A stretch of 64,000 nucleotides of DNA from Euprymna scolopes (lineage: Eukaryota). Numbering within the stretch: position 1 is the first letter of the stretch; each line of letters opens with the position of its first letter. The notes beneath the pieces were generated by a model. That model was not told the origin of the DNA and searched no databases. It was given only the letters and a program-made list of their open reading frames with translations. The position numbers and the translations under genes are program-made. Positions 26,739 through 39,700 of this stretch are shown piece after piece. The stretch is taken from the NCBI GenBank assembly GCA_053919585.1, contig CM132819.1; one strand, 5' to 3'.

Positions 26739-26800
26739 GTAGTTGCCTGTTTAGCCGCACTGATTATCTGTGAAACAGCGAAACAGTACTATATGTGGAT

Positions 26801-26806
<6 letters not shown>
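26739..26806 (+). ncRNA. Type I hammerhead ribozyme, copy 2 (core mutated)
   Basis: agccgca CTGATTA tctg-tgaaa-cagc GAAA cagtactATA tgtggat. G8 is changed to T, but stem II (ctg/cag) and the palindromic stem III (acagtact) are better preserved than in copy 1. It lies 283 bp downstream of copy 1 in a ~110-bp direct repeat (26414-26523 vs 26697-26806). Confidence 0.75.
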
Positions 26807-26869
<63 letters not shown>

Positions 26870-26959
26870 TGAGTGTTACTTCTTGGCAGAAGAAGACCAT
26901 GGTTCCCTTTTTTATAAAGTATATACACATATATACACTTATACACACATACATATATA

Positions 26960-29110
26960 CATGTGGGGATGTGATCAAGATGCATCAATTCCTATTTCCT
27001 GTGGGAGCGAAGGTGGCTCTTCAGACCACCCTGCTCTTACACAGTGTATTGCAAAGGGCACACTAAGCTGTAATTGAGGGATGCCAACTGGTGCTGCCGT
27101 ACTCTGGACGCTCATATGAGGCTTCAGGTCTCCACTCGATTTACAGACCACAGCGCAAACAGAACATCTGTGTCCTGCAATGTTATCCCCATCAAAGAAA
27201 AATTGATCTCCATGTGTACGCTTTTGTTTAGCTAGGCCAGCTCCGGATAAAGTAATTTTACCGCATAAATCTCAGGTGTGGTTCTGCATGAAATCCTCCG
27301 ACATACCTATATCTGACCGATTTTTCTTCCGGATGTCACGTTCATTTTTTGCGTGCTCATACTTTTTTTATTCTCAAAACTATCACAGCCATGATAGACC
27401 AAGGAGCGCCACTTTTTACAATCATTGGAAGCACTTTCCCAACTGAACACGTCAATACCAAGAGCTTTAAGATTATCTTTGATGTTATCCTTAAAGCATT
27501 TCCTCGGTTTATGTTGTGGACGTTTTCTTGTGTAATTTCACCATAGAACATGCGCTTTGGCAATCCATCGTCGTCCATCCTTGCCAGATGTCCAGCCCAC
27601 CTCATCTGATTGCGTATAATCAATTTCTCGATACATCAGCTCACATGAGAAAATCCATATCAGGTATAAGAGTACTCCACCAGATACCCAGAATGTGTTT
27701 CAGGAATTTCTGCTACACTCTCTCCATGACTTTTATGTGTCTACCAAAAGTTGTCCATGCCTCAGAAGCGTAAAGTAATGGTAAAATACAAGATTGATAG
27801 ACAGTGATCTTTGTATGAATAGTTATACAGCTATGAGGCCTACTCGCTTCTCTAAGCCACCAAAAGCCTTAGGGTTCCATCTCTGGCGAGAGTACTACCC
27901 AAATACACAAATGTGTCAACCGAAAACAGATCCATGATACACTCTCACCACGGGCCACGAGATCGGCGTCATCCGCATAAAGCAATTAACGAACCGGGTG
28001 CTGAAAGGTTCTTGTAGAAGCATGAAAACGACGAAGATCAAATACCCTTCCTGTGGTTCTGAAACGCAAATAAACACCTAGAGAACATTCCCTAAAGGCC
28101 TACGATAACATAGTTGCAAAATAAATTGAAAAAAGTGTAGGTGCTAGGATATAACCCTGCTATACACCATTTTCGACAGAAATGGGTTCCGCTAGGCATC
28201 CGTTGAAGTTCGGGCGAGCCGTCATATTAATGTGGAGCTCCCTGAGTAATCGTAGAAATTGAGGTGGGCATCCCAAATTCCCCAGAATTATCCATAGGGC
28301 ACTACAGTTCAAACGCCTTAGTCAAATCAACAAAAACATGATAAAGCGGAACACGGTGTTCAGTACATTTCGCCTTCAACTGCCAAGCAGAGAAGATCAT
28401 GTCCGAGGTTCTTCTGCCCGGACGAAAGCTACTTTGGCTTTCTGGAATGACAGATGGACAAATATACTTTAACAATCTATTGATTTGAACTCTGGAAAAT
28501 ACTTTATCAACTGCTTCCAACAAACTTTTCTCACGACAACTTCCACAGTTGTTCCTGAGCCACTTTCCCTTGTACAGTGATATAAGAATTGCATCAACCC
28601 AATCCTGATGGACAGGAACACCCTTCCAGACATCAGTGATAAGATGAACAATTTCATGAACAAGTTTATCACCCCGATGTAAGAGGACTTCCACAGGAAT
28701 ACCATCAAGCCCTGGAACCTCCCAACGTTCACTTCGTTGATTGCATCTCTAATTTAATTTCACAGATGGGAACAGAGACATTTCATGGATACGCTTATGT
28801 TGTGATAAAAATTCATTGATGGCGTCCTCATCAAAGTACGAGGGGTTGTCAAAGGGATCAGAATAATGCTCGGTCCAACGAAGGAGAATCTTGTTAGGAT
28901 CCTTTGAAAGGGCAATTCCATTAAGATGTAGATAGTGTTTGAGGACCAAAAGCTATTTTTAAGACAATGGTACGTTTGAGGTCTTTACAATCAAAAGCCA
29001 TCTGGATTTGGTTTGCGAGGTTAGCCCACCACTGATTCTTCATTTGGCGGAGACGCTTTTAGAGAATACCGTTGTATGCTTTAAGTGACTGTTGGAGGGA
29101 CGCTCGACCT
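26960..29110 (-). mobile_element. 5'-truncated, decayed RTE-clade non-LTR retrotransposon
   Basis: Minus strand: LRQMKNQWWANLANQIQ, RWTEHYS, QDWVDAILISLYKGK..CGSCR..SLL, PESQSSFRPGRRTSDMIF, VFVDLTKAF, LLYADDADL (27985-27960), YLGSTL, RWAGHLARMDDDGLPKRMFYGE, then C2H2 fingers and a stop at 26992. Many frameshifts. Confidence 0.93.
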
Positions 29111-29162
29111 CAATGAGAGGGAGAAAACATCTTATGGTGCAAAAGCAGTACTGTATATGGAT

Positions 29163-29240
<78 letters not shown>

Positions 29241-29612
29241 TTTGTTCACGTTTTTATTCCATCGTGTTAAGCATAAAGTTGTTTGGACCAGCTTATTCAC
29301 ACAGAATCTGATGTATAATATACGCATGTATGGTTTGTGACGTGTCTATTTTTTATTATACATTTTAAGGTTCATGAATTATTATTTAAACATTTTCCGA
29401 TTCAACATTTTATAATACCCCTGTTTTTTTTTAAATAAAGGGGATATGATGAAACAAACAATTCAGGAATTCACAATCGTTTCTGTTGAAGTGTCATGTT
29501 TTGTTCATCGATTTAACCATTTTTATAGACATAGGCATTTCAGTTGATTTATATCTTAAATAAATAAAGTATACCACTATTATATTATATATATCTATTT
29601 ATCTATTCACCT

Positions 29613-29655
<43 letters not shown>

Positions 29656-29793
29656 TATATATGTAAAAGCATATACATATAGTTCTGTATCTAAAAAAAA
29701 TCAGAGGAATTTACCTCGCTACACGAACTAGCAATTAACTCCCTTTCGCCCCCTGCGTTGAAAGAACAGATTATAAATATAATGACATCTATA

Positions 29794-31117
29794 CGAGAAA
29801 CGTGCAATAAGTAATGCCCCTGACCCACTTCCAGTTGACTGATCTAACTGAAATTTTGCATGTGCAATGCTTACAGCTCTGAACTAATTGCAATGATTTA
29901 TATCGGGATGGGTGGCAAATTGCAGATCTGACCTAATTACAAATCTGTTACAGATCTGTGGTTTCTGTTTTACAGGTGTCTGAACTGAGTCAGGTGTTAA
30001 ATGGAGCCTGTTAAATGTCGAGCAGTGATCCGGCTTTTGTATTTGAAAGGAAGCACACCGCAGGAGACGTTTGGAGAAATGAAAGACACTTATGGTGCTA
30101 ATGGCCCATCATATATGACCTTATAAAACGCTTGCATCGTGGATTCAAATATGGCCCGAAGTCTGTGGTAACAGCTCCCAGACCTGGTCGCCCCCTTCTG
30201 CAATGTATGAGGCATCTGCCCGTCAAGTTGAGGCTGCCATTTTGAGATATCGGTACATTACTATTCGCCAAATAGCTCAAGTTGTGAGGGTGTGTAGAGC
30301 GTCTGTGCAAACTATCATTCATGATCATTTGTATATGCATAAAGTGTCTGCCAGATGGATTCCCAGGTTGCTCACAACATTCCAGAAGCGAGAACACGTC
30401 AAGTGCTCGAGGATTAATTTGGAGATATGCCAAGAAGATGAGTCAAACTTTTTCAAAAGACTGATTTCACAGGATGAAACCTGTATCAATCACTATTATC
30501 CAGAGACCAAAGCCCAGTCAATGCAGTGGAAGCACTTGGACTCACCATCTCCAAAGAAGACAAGGATGCAGCCCCCCGCTTGCAAGATCATGCTCACAGT
30601 CTTCTGGGACCAGGACAGAGTATATGATGACAGGTTTCCTGACAAAGGTTCCACAATGACAGGAATCTATTATGCTTCACTTTTGAGGAAAGTAAGGAAA
30701 GTGATCAAAATCAAGAGACGGGGCAAGATCAGCAAAGCTTATCTCCTCCTGCAGGACAACGCTACGGTCCACAACTCGCATGTTGCCAGATACGAAGCAC
30801 GGGCGTGTGATTAGGAAATCCTTCCCCATCTCCTGACTTTGCACTCTCTGACTTTCACCTCTTCCCAGCCATGAAGTTGTTTTTGAAAAGAAAGCGTTTC
30901 CCAGATGATGCAGCCTTGATTTCTGAAGTCACGTATTGGGTGGAGGACCAACCTGGGGTGTTCTACCAAAACGGTCTCGAGAGCTGCATCAAACGATGCG
31001 AGAAGTGCATAACTCTGGGTGGTTCCTATGTAGAGAAAGACTAATAACTGTGCCAAGTTTCGTTGCTCTGCTGCCATGCAGAGTGGGTCAGCGGCATTAT
31101 TTATTGCCCGCCCCTCG
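29794..31117 (+). mobile_element. Full-length decayed mariner element (DD34D, irritans/Hsmar2-like)
   Basis: TA|cgagaaacgtgcaataagtaatgcccctgacccact ... agtgggtcagcggcattatttattgcccgcccctcg|TA; 1324 bp long. Confidence 0.95.
30001..31045 (+). pseudogene. mariner transposase pseudogene
   Basis: MEPVKCRAVIRLLYLKG.., WIPRLLT, QDETCINHYYPETKAQSMQW, LLQDNA, PDFALSDFHLFPAMK, ..GGSYVEKD*. Frameshifts and stops near 30115, 30200, 30620 and 30812. Confidence 0.93.
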
Positions 31118-31553
31118 TACGATGTTGATCACAGTAGCACAGGACTGTTAATTTCTACACCGATATATTACGCGCTCATCGTGTTCCGCCTACGTAAATA
31201 ATTACTAAGTAGAAGCATAATTCGTAATACTTTTAATGTTTTGCAGTCTAAGTGCCCAACGTATTACCACTATTTGCTGATAAGACTTTCGTAAGCAGTC
31301 TATCCTTTGTAAATAACGTGTCTTATTGTAGATTAGAAAAGGCATCGCTTGTATAAACATACATTTCAATTACTTATTTTTACAACCAAACTGCACAACT
31401 TTACGATATGGTCCGATTTACACAATAGAAATAACGTATTCATTTAGAATGAGATATTTCTAAGTCTTACAAAGTTATTTTTAATAAATGCATCGTACTA
31501 AATATTGTCATTTATTTATATAAGTTAAATATCTTAATTACTTTTAGTAGCAT

Positions 31554-31602
<49 letters not shown>

Positions 31603-33704
31603 TTAGTAGTAATATTATGATAGTATATGCAGCCGTTATATTAGCGATCTGTGGCACAAACAATCTAATACAAAAAAACTTAAAATCAGTTTCGCTATAA
31701 ATCATTGTTCAATGTGCCGAAAGTTATGCAAAACGTGATCTACACAAGCGAAGACGCCATTGGCTGTCCTGTCAGGTGGCGGAGTAAAGGAAAAAAGGGA
31801 AAAGAAATGTGTGTGTCCCCCCCAGAGACAGCTATTTAATATACATATCAAATTAATTTGCATTTAAGCACAATAACGATTGCGAACATTAGAATGACAG
31901 CGGAAGCATAGAGCATTCTTCATTCTTGGACAGCTGAAAGAAATAAAAGGAGAACAGTCGATATACATCACAGTTGGAATCGGATGTTTGCCGGTAGTTT
32001 TTACGAATATTTACTGTTGTTATTTTTGAATTGAAGTTACATTAATTTCAGTTTATATATTACTTTTTACTACGATCATTCTTCCGATTACATTGCGGGA
32101 GCTTTTTTTTTCATTCGTAATCGTTACATCTCATCCTGCATCCTATATGTATAACATGAATGGTCGCTAAACAAACATGCATGTTAAAATAAGAATTCCA
32201 AAAAAGTCATTTTTTTTATCTTGTGCAATTATATCTTTCTACGAAAAATTTTAGCATGAGCGAAATCTAATTTAATAATAATATATTTTCCGCGAAATCT
32301 AATTTGATAATAATATATTTTTCTGTATCAACGCTTTTTTTAAAGCTGATTAGATTTAAAAATACTGCAAAATATACACATTCCTCCCATGTCTTCATTG
32401 GGCTGCGGTTACACTAAAAGATCAAATTAATTATAATTTATTTGGACCAAGTTTAAAATTAGTGTTTTCTGGAGGGTTCAGATTAATCCCTACTATCCCT
32501 TCCAAACAGATACAAAAAATAAAGCAAAACAAAGTTAATATCCAAACTCACTTGATGAACATTTAAAAAGAAGAACGCTACAGAATATGAGACTAGTAAA
32601 TATTAAAGCAATGAAAGTGTTAATAAATTTCATATTTACTTTTGTAATCAAAACAAATTTAAAACAAATAAACGCCAGTCTCTCGCTAATTTCCTAACAA
32701 AATGTTAATTATTATGTTTTATTTTCATTGAAGATATGCTAAAAACGTTACATTTGAGAAGCTTTGGTCAGGCAAGAACGCTGTTGTCATGACTAAACAG
32801 CGTTTTTTTATAGAAATTATCTGCACTTCAAATGACTGGGTAAAATGCATGACAGTTAATTAGATCATTCTCCTCAGTCGAGGATTTATACACGACTAAC
32901 AGAGCAGCAGACGATGAACAATTATGATATCGGTTGCGTGTATCAGTGTGGTTAATATGTTAATTATTTTCACTCTTGCAGACATTGCTTCTGTACTAAA
33001 AAAGAAGATTGTTTATTGATATCTTTCTGCAACACACTCGGTAAATAATGCCCACGTGTATGCCCATATATAATGGCTTATTCTCCACCTGACTATCCCT
33101 ATGACACGTCTTTCCGGTGGTCTGTATATGGGGTCTGTCTATGTGCATATAACTTTCGCAATCTCATTTAAAACGGTATTAAATATTTACATACGGACAT
33201 AATACATTTAAAAAAATTGCTTTTACAAATTGATAGTGTATATATAATGTCAATAGCAAACCATTTATTATTTTACCGTACTGTAAATATGGGCGTGAAT
33301 TTGTTTTGAGGCTCATTCGTACTGTGTTTAAACACACCTCCATAGTTCAATATGTTCTTGCAGGGGTAATATACGTTACGTATATGAATGTGCTGTGATC
33401 ATAAAGTTTCTCCCGGCTGTATAAATTAACAGTTAGTTTCGTATTAAAAAGAATACGAGACACATTTCATTATTTCAATATAGATTTTTTTTATATTCAC
33501 ACATGAAAACAAAAGTCACAACTAGCATGTTTCTCGTGCCTTATTTCCCCCTCTACTTCATACTTGTAACGATTGACCTAATAACTTTTTTTTCTCGCCA
33601 GCTATGTTTATTGTTTCCCAAACTCTGGCTCAATGCTCCCGTGTAAATTAATACAATTATCTTTTGTCACCAGATTTGTGAATTGTCCTTTTGCTGGGTC
33701 TGGT

Positions 33705-36700
33705 ATAATCAAGGATACCTTCTTCGTAACACTATTACATATCACCTTAATCCTAACACACCTTCTTCATAAAACTATTACATACCACCTTTCTTTCTGG
33801 GGATTCCCAGGACACCTTCTCTGCAACACTATTACTAGTAACCTTATTCCTGGGATTGACGGACTATGTTCTGGGAATTTCCCTGACACATTCTTCGTAA
33901 CACTATTCCTGGGATTGACTAATCCTGTTCTTTTGCTGGTTCTTGTCTAATCCATTTTATGTCGGTTAGCCTTCCAGGGCAAGTGACGTTATATTGCCGA
34001 CTTTTTTTTGGGGGGGTGGGCATCCCAGTTTCCACGCACCATAATTATAGGTCATTTTATTCCTGGGATTGACGCATTGTGTTCTGGGGATTCTCAGGAC
34101 ACCTTCTCCGTAACAATATTACAGGTCACCCTATTCTTAGGATTGACGTATTTTGTTCTGGGAATTCCCGAGACATATTCTCCGAAACACTAATACAGGT
34201 AACCTAATTCCTGGGATTGACTAATTGTGTTCTGGGGATTTGCAGGACACCTTCTTCGTAATACTATTATAGGAGAGCTTATTCATGGGATTGATTCATT
34301 GCGAACTAGGTTTTCCCAGGACACCTTCCCTGTAACAATATTATGGGTAACCTTATCCCTGGGATTGATTCATTGCGTACTGGGGATTCCAAGAAAACCT
34401 TCTAGGTAACACTATTACGGGTCACTTAATTTCTGGATTGACGCATTGTGTTCTGGGGATTCCCAGGACACCTTCTCCGTAACACTATTACAGGTCACCT
34501 TATTCCTGTGATTAACGCATTTTGTTCTCGGAATTCCCAGGGAATCTTCTCTGTAACACTATTAAAGGTAAACTTGTTCTTGGGAAAGACGCATTGTGTT
34601 CTGGGAATTCCGAGGACACCATCTTCGTAACAATATTACAAAGCACCTTATTCCGGGGATTTACATATTTCGTACTGGGGATTCCAAATACACATTCTCG
34701 GTTACACTATTACAGGTCACCTTATTACTAGGATTAACTTATTTTGTTCTGGAGATTCCAAGCACACCTTCTCCGTCACAGTGTTACAGACCACCTCATT
34801 CCTGGGATTGACTCATTGTGTGGTGGCGATTTCCAGGACCCCTTCTTAGAAACGCTATTAACCTAATCTTATTCCTGCGATTGAGGCGTTGTTCTGGGAA
34901 TTCCCCAAACCTCCTCTCCATAACACAATTACAGGTCACCATATTTATTATCCGTAACACTATTAAAGGTCACTTTATACCTGAGATTGACGCATTGTGT
35001 ACTGTTGATTCCAAGGACGCGTTATCTGTAACGCAATTAGAGGAAACCTTATTCCTTGGATTGGCTCATTGTGTACTGGGGGTTGCCAGGGCACCTTCTC
35101 TGTAGAACTATTACAGGTCATCTTATTCCTGGGATTGATACATTGTTTTCTGAGGATTCCCAGGGCATATTCTTCGTAAGACTATTATAAGTTAACTTAT
35201 TCCTGGGTGTAATTCATTGTGTTCTGCAGATTGTAAGGACACTTTTCTGTAACTCGTTTGCAGGTCACCTTATTCCTGGAATTTACGCATTGTGTTCTGG
35301 AGATTCCCAGGCACATTCTCGTAACACTATTGCACGTCACCTTATTCTTGAGCCTGACACATTGTGTTCTTGGGATTCCTAGGAACCTTCTCTGGGATTG
35401 ATGCATTGTGTTGTGGGAATTCTTAATAAACCTCCGTAGCACTATTACAGGTCACTTTCTTCCTGGGATTAACTTATTGTGTTTAGGGGTCCTCCCTCTC
35501 TAACACAATTACACGTCACCCTATTCTTGGCATTGACGCATTCTGTCCTGGGAATTTCCAATACACTTTCTCCGTAATATAACAGGGATAACCTTATTCC
35601 TGGGATCAACGCAGTGTGTTCTAGGGATTCCCAGGGCACCTTCTCCGTAACACAATTACACGTCACCTTATACAAAGGATTGACTCATTGCTTACTGCGG
35701 ATAGCAAGGACACCTTTTCAGTAACAGTTTTACGGGTCAGCGTATTCCTGGTATTGAGGCAATGTATTCAGGGGATTACTAGGATCCCATTGTCCGTAAC
35801 ATTATTATAGGTTGCCATATTCCTGGGGCTGACGCATTGTCTTCTGAATATTTCCAGAACACCTTCCCCGTAACACTATTACAGCTCACTTTATTACTGA
35901 TATTGACCATTGTTTCTGGAGGTTCCCAGGGCACCTTCTCCTTAGCATTATTACATGTCACCTAAGTCTTGGGATTGAGATATTGTATTCTGTGGATTCT
36001 CAGGCCACCTTTTTGCAACACTATCACAGGTAACCTTATTCCTGGGTTTGGTGCATTGTTTTCTGCTGATTCTTAGGACATCTTATTCATAACATTATTG
36101 CAGGTCACCATATCCGTCACACTTACAGGTCAAATGATTCATCGGATTGTAGCATTGGGCTTTGAAGATTCGCAGAACACCTTCTCCGTGACACTATTAT
36201 AGGGAACCTTAATCCTGGGATTGAGGAATTGTTTTGACGATTCCTATTACACCTTCTCCGTTACACTATTACCGGTCAACTTATTCCTGGAATTGACTGA
36301 TAGTGTTCTGTGAAGTCGCGTGCCACTTTTTCCGTGACACTTTTACAGGTAACCTTATTCATAGGATTGACTAGTTGTGTTCTGGAGATTAATAGGGCAC
36401 CTTATCCGTAACACTATTAAAGGTCATCATATTACTGGGAGTGACTATGTGTGCAAGGGGTTACAATCACACCTCCTCAGCAGCACTATTACGAGTTATC
36501 TTATTCCTGGGATTGACGCATTATGTTCTGGTGATTCAGAAGGCACCTTCTCCGTAACAGCCTTACAGGTCACCCTAATTTTGGGGTTGACGCGTTCTGT
36601 TTCGCCGATTCTACGAATTCATTTTCTGTAACGCTATTACCGGTCACCTTATTAATGCGATTGATGCAATGTGTTCTTGGGATTCCCAGGGAACCTGCTC

Positions 36701-39700
36701 CGAAACACTATTACATGTCACCTGATACCTGCGGTTGATACATTGTGCTCGGATGATTCCCAGGACACTTTCTCTATAACACTACTACAGTTCACCTCAT
36801 TCCTGAGATTGACTCACTATGTTCTAGGGATTATCAGCACACATATACCATAACACATTTTCAGGTCAAATTTTTCCTGGGATTGACTCATTTTGTTCTG
36901 GGGATTTCTAGGACTCTTTCTCCGTAACACTATTACAGGTCACGTTATTCATGGAATGGAAGCATCGGGTGATGTTGGTTCCCATGACACCTTCTCCTGA
37001 CACTGGGATTGCCGCATTTTGTTCTATTGATTCGTTGGGCACCTTCTTCCTAACACTATTTCAGGCACCTTATTCCTGGGATTGACGAACAATGTTCTCT
37101 GAATTCCCAACATACATTCTCTTTAACACTATTACAGGCCACATAACGCATGGGATTGAGGCATTGGGTTGTGCTGGTTCAAAGCACACCATCTTCGAAG
37201 TACTATTACAGGTCTCCCTATATCTTGGATTGACGCATTGTATTCTGGGGAATCCCAGCACACCTTTCCTTAACAGTGTTACAGGTACCCTTATTCCTGG
37301 TATTGAGACTTCGTCTTTAGGGGATTCCAAGGACACATTCCTTGTTACACTATTACCGGTCACCTTACTGCTGGAATTAACTCATTGCGTACATAGTATT
37401 CCCAAGAAAACCGTCTCTATAACACGACTACAGGTCATCTTATCTCTGGGATAGACGCAGTGTGTTCTGGGGATTCCTAGGACACATAATTTGTAACACA
37501 TTTACAGGTCACCTTTTTCCTGTGATTGACTTATTCCGTCCTTAGGATTCCCAGGATACCAGCTCAATAACATTATTACAGGTCACCTTATCCCTGGGAT
37601 TGACTCATTACGCCATGAGGATTCCCAGGATACCTTCTTCGTTACACTGTTACGGGTTCCTTTATTCCTCGGATTGATTCATTTTGTCCTGGCGATTCCC
37701 AGGACACTTTCTCCGTAACACTATTGCAGGTAATCTTATTCCTGGGATTCACGCATTATGTTCTGGGGATTACCAGGACAACAACACCGTAACACAACGA
37801 CAGGTCACCTCATTCTTTGGATTGACGCATTGTGTTCTATGGATTCCCAGGAACCATCTCCGTAGCACAGTTACAGGTCACTTCGTTAATGGGATATAAG
37901 CAGTGTGTTCTGGGGATTCCCAGGGCACCTATTTCGTAACACTATTACAGGTCAGCTTATTTCTGGTATTTACGCGTTGTGTTATGGATTTCTCTGTAAA
38001 ACTTTTACAGGTAACGTTATTCCTGGAATTGAAGCATTGGGTGCTGGTGATTCCCAGCAAACCTTCTGCGTAACACTATTATAGGTCACCTTATTCCTGG
38101 AATTGAAGGATTGTGTTCTGGGTGTCCCAAAGACAGCTTCTTCGTAAAACTATTACAGGTAATATTTTTCTGGGATTTACGCATTGTTTCTGGGGAATCC
38201 CAGGACACATTTTCCCTAACAATATTACAAGTAAACTTTTTTCTTGGGATAGACGCATTGTTTCTAGGGGATTCCAAGGACACCTTATACGTAACACGAT
38301 TACAGGTTGCCTTCTCCCGGGGATAGACTCCTTGCGTATTTAGGATCCCCAGAACACTTGTCAGTAAGACTATAACAGGTCACCTTATACCTGGAGTTGA
38401 AACATTGGGTTCTGTGGATACCCATGACACATACTCCGTAACAGGTCGCCGTATTTCTGTTATTAATGCATATTGTTCTGGGGATTCCAAGCAAACCTTC
38501 TTGGTAACACACTTACAGGTCACCTTATTTATGGGATTGACGAATTCTGTTCTGTGGTTCGCAAGTCACCTTCTCCGTAAGACTATATCAGATCACCCTA
38601 TTCCTGGGATTGACGCATTATGCTCTGGGGATTTCAATTGGTATGATTCATTGTGTTCTGGCGATTCCCAGGTCACCTACTCGGAACACTATTACAGATC
38701 ACCTTATTCCTGTAGTTGACTTCTGAGTATTCCTGGGACAGTTTGTCGGTAACACTATTACAGGTCAACTTATTCCTGGGAGTGGCGTATTTTGTTCTGG
38801 GGATTCCCAGGTCACCTTCTTAGTAACACTATTACAGGAAACCCTATTTCTTGGATCTACGCATTAGTGTTCTGGGATTCCAAGGACACTTTCTCCATTA
38901 CACTATTACAGGTCACCTAATTCCTGGAATTGACGCAATATGTTCTGGGGATTCCCAGGATACATACTCCGTAACACTTGTACAGGTCAATTTTCCTGTG
39001 ATTAACACATTTTTTCTATTGATTCCCAGGACACCTTCACCGTAACCCTATTTCAGGTCACTTTATTCCTGGGATTGACGCAATGTCTTCTGGTGATTCC
39101 CAGAAAATATTCTCAGTAACACTATTACAGGTGCCCTTATTACTGAGATTTCGCATATTGTTCTTGGGATTCCCAGGGCACCTTCCCCGTAACACTCTTG
39201 CAGGTAACCTTATTCCTAGGAATGGCGCATTGTGTCTTTGGAATACTAATGACTCATTCTCCCTAACACTATTACAGCTGACCTCATTCATGGAAGTGAT
39301 GCATTGTGTTCTGTAGATTCCCAGATCACCTTCTCCGTAACATAATTACAGGTCATCTTATGCCTGGGATTTACTCATTGCAAACTGAGGACATCTTCTC
39401 CGGTACATTGTTACAGGTTACGTTATTCCTGGGATTGACTCATTGTGTTGCGACGATTCAGAGGACACTTTCTCGGTAACACTATTACAGGTAAACTTAT
39501 TCGTGTGATTGGCGCATTGTGTTTTGGGGATTCGATGGACACCTCCTCCGTAACACTATGAAAGGTAACATTATTCCTGGGATTGACGCAGTCTGTTCTG
39601 AGGAGTCCCAGGACACATGCTCCATAACACTTTTATATGCCAACTTTTTCCTGCGATTGACGCATTTTGTTCTATTGATACCAAGGACACCTTCTCCGTA

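Noticed and set aside
30203-30814. Intact or domesticated transposase (SETMAR-like) from the 203-aa ORF
   Set aside because: It is one frame of a frameshifted mariner between TIRs, lacking the N-terminus and the third catalytic Asp. No SET domain is present.
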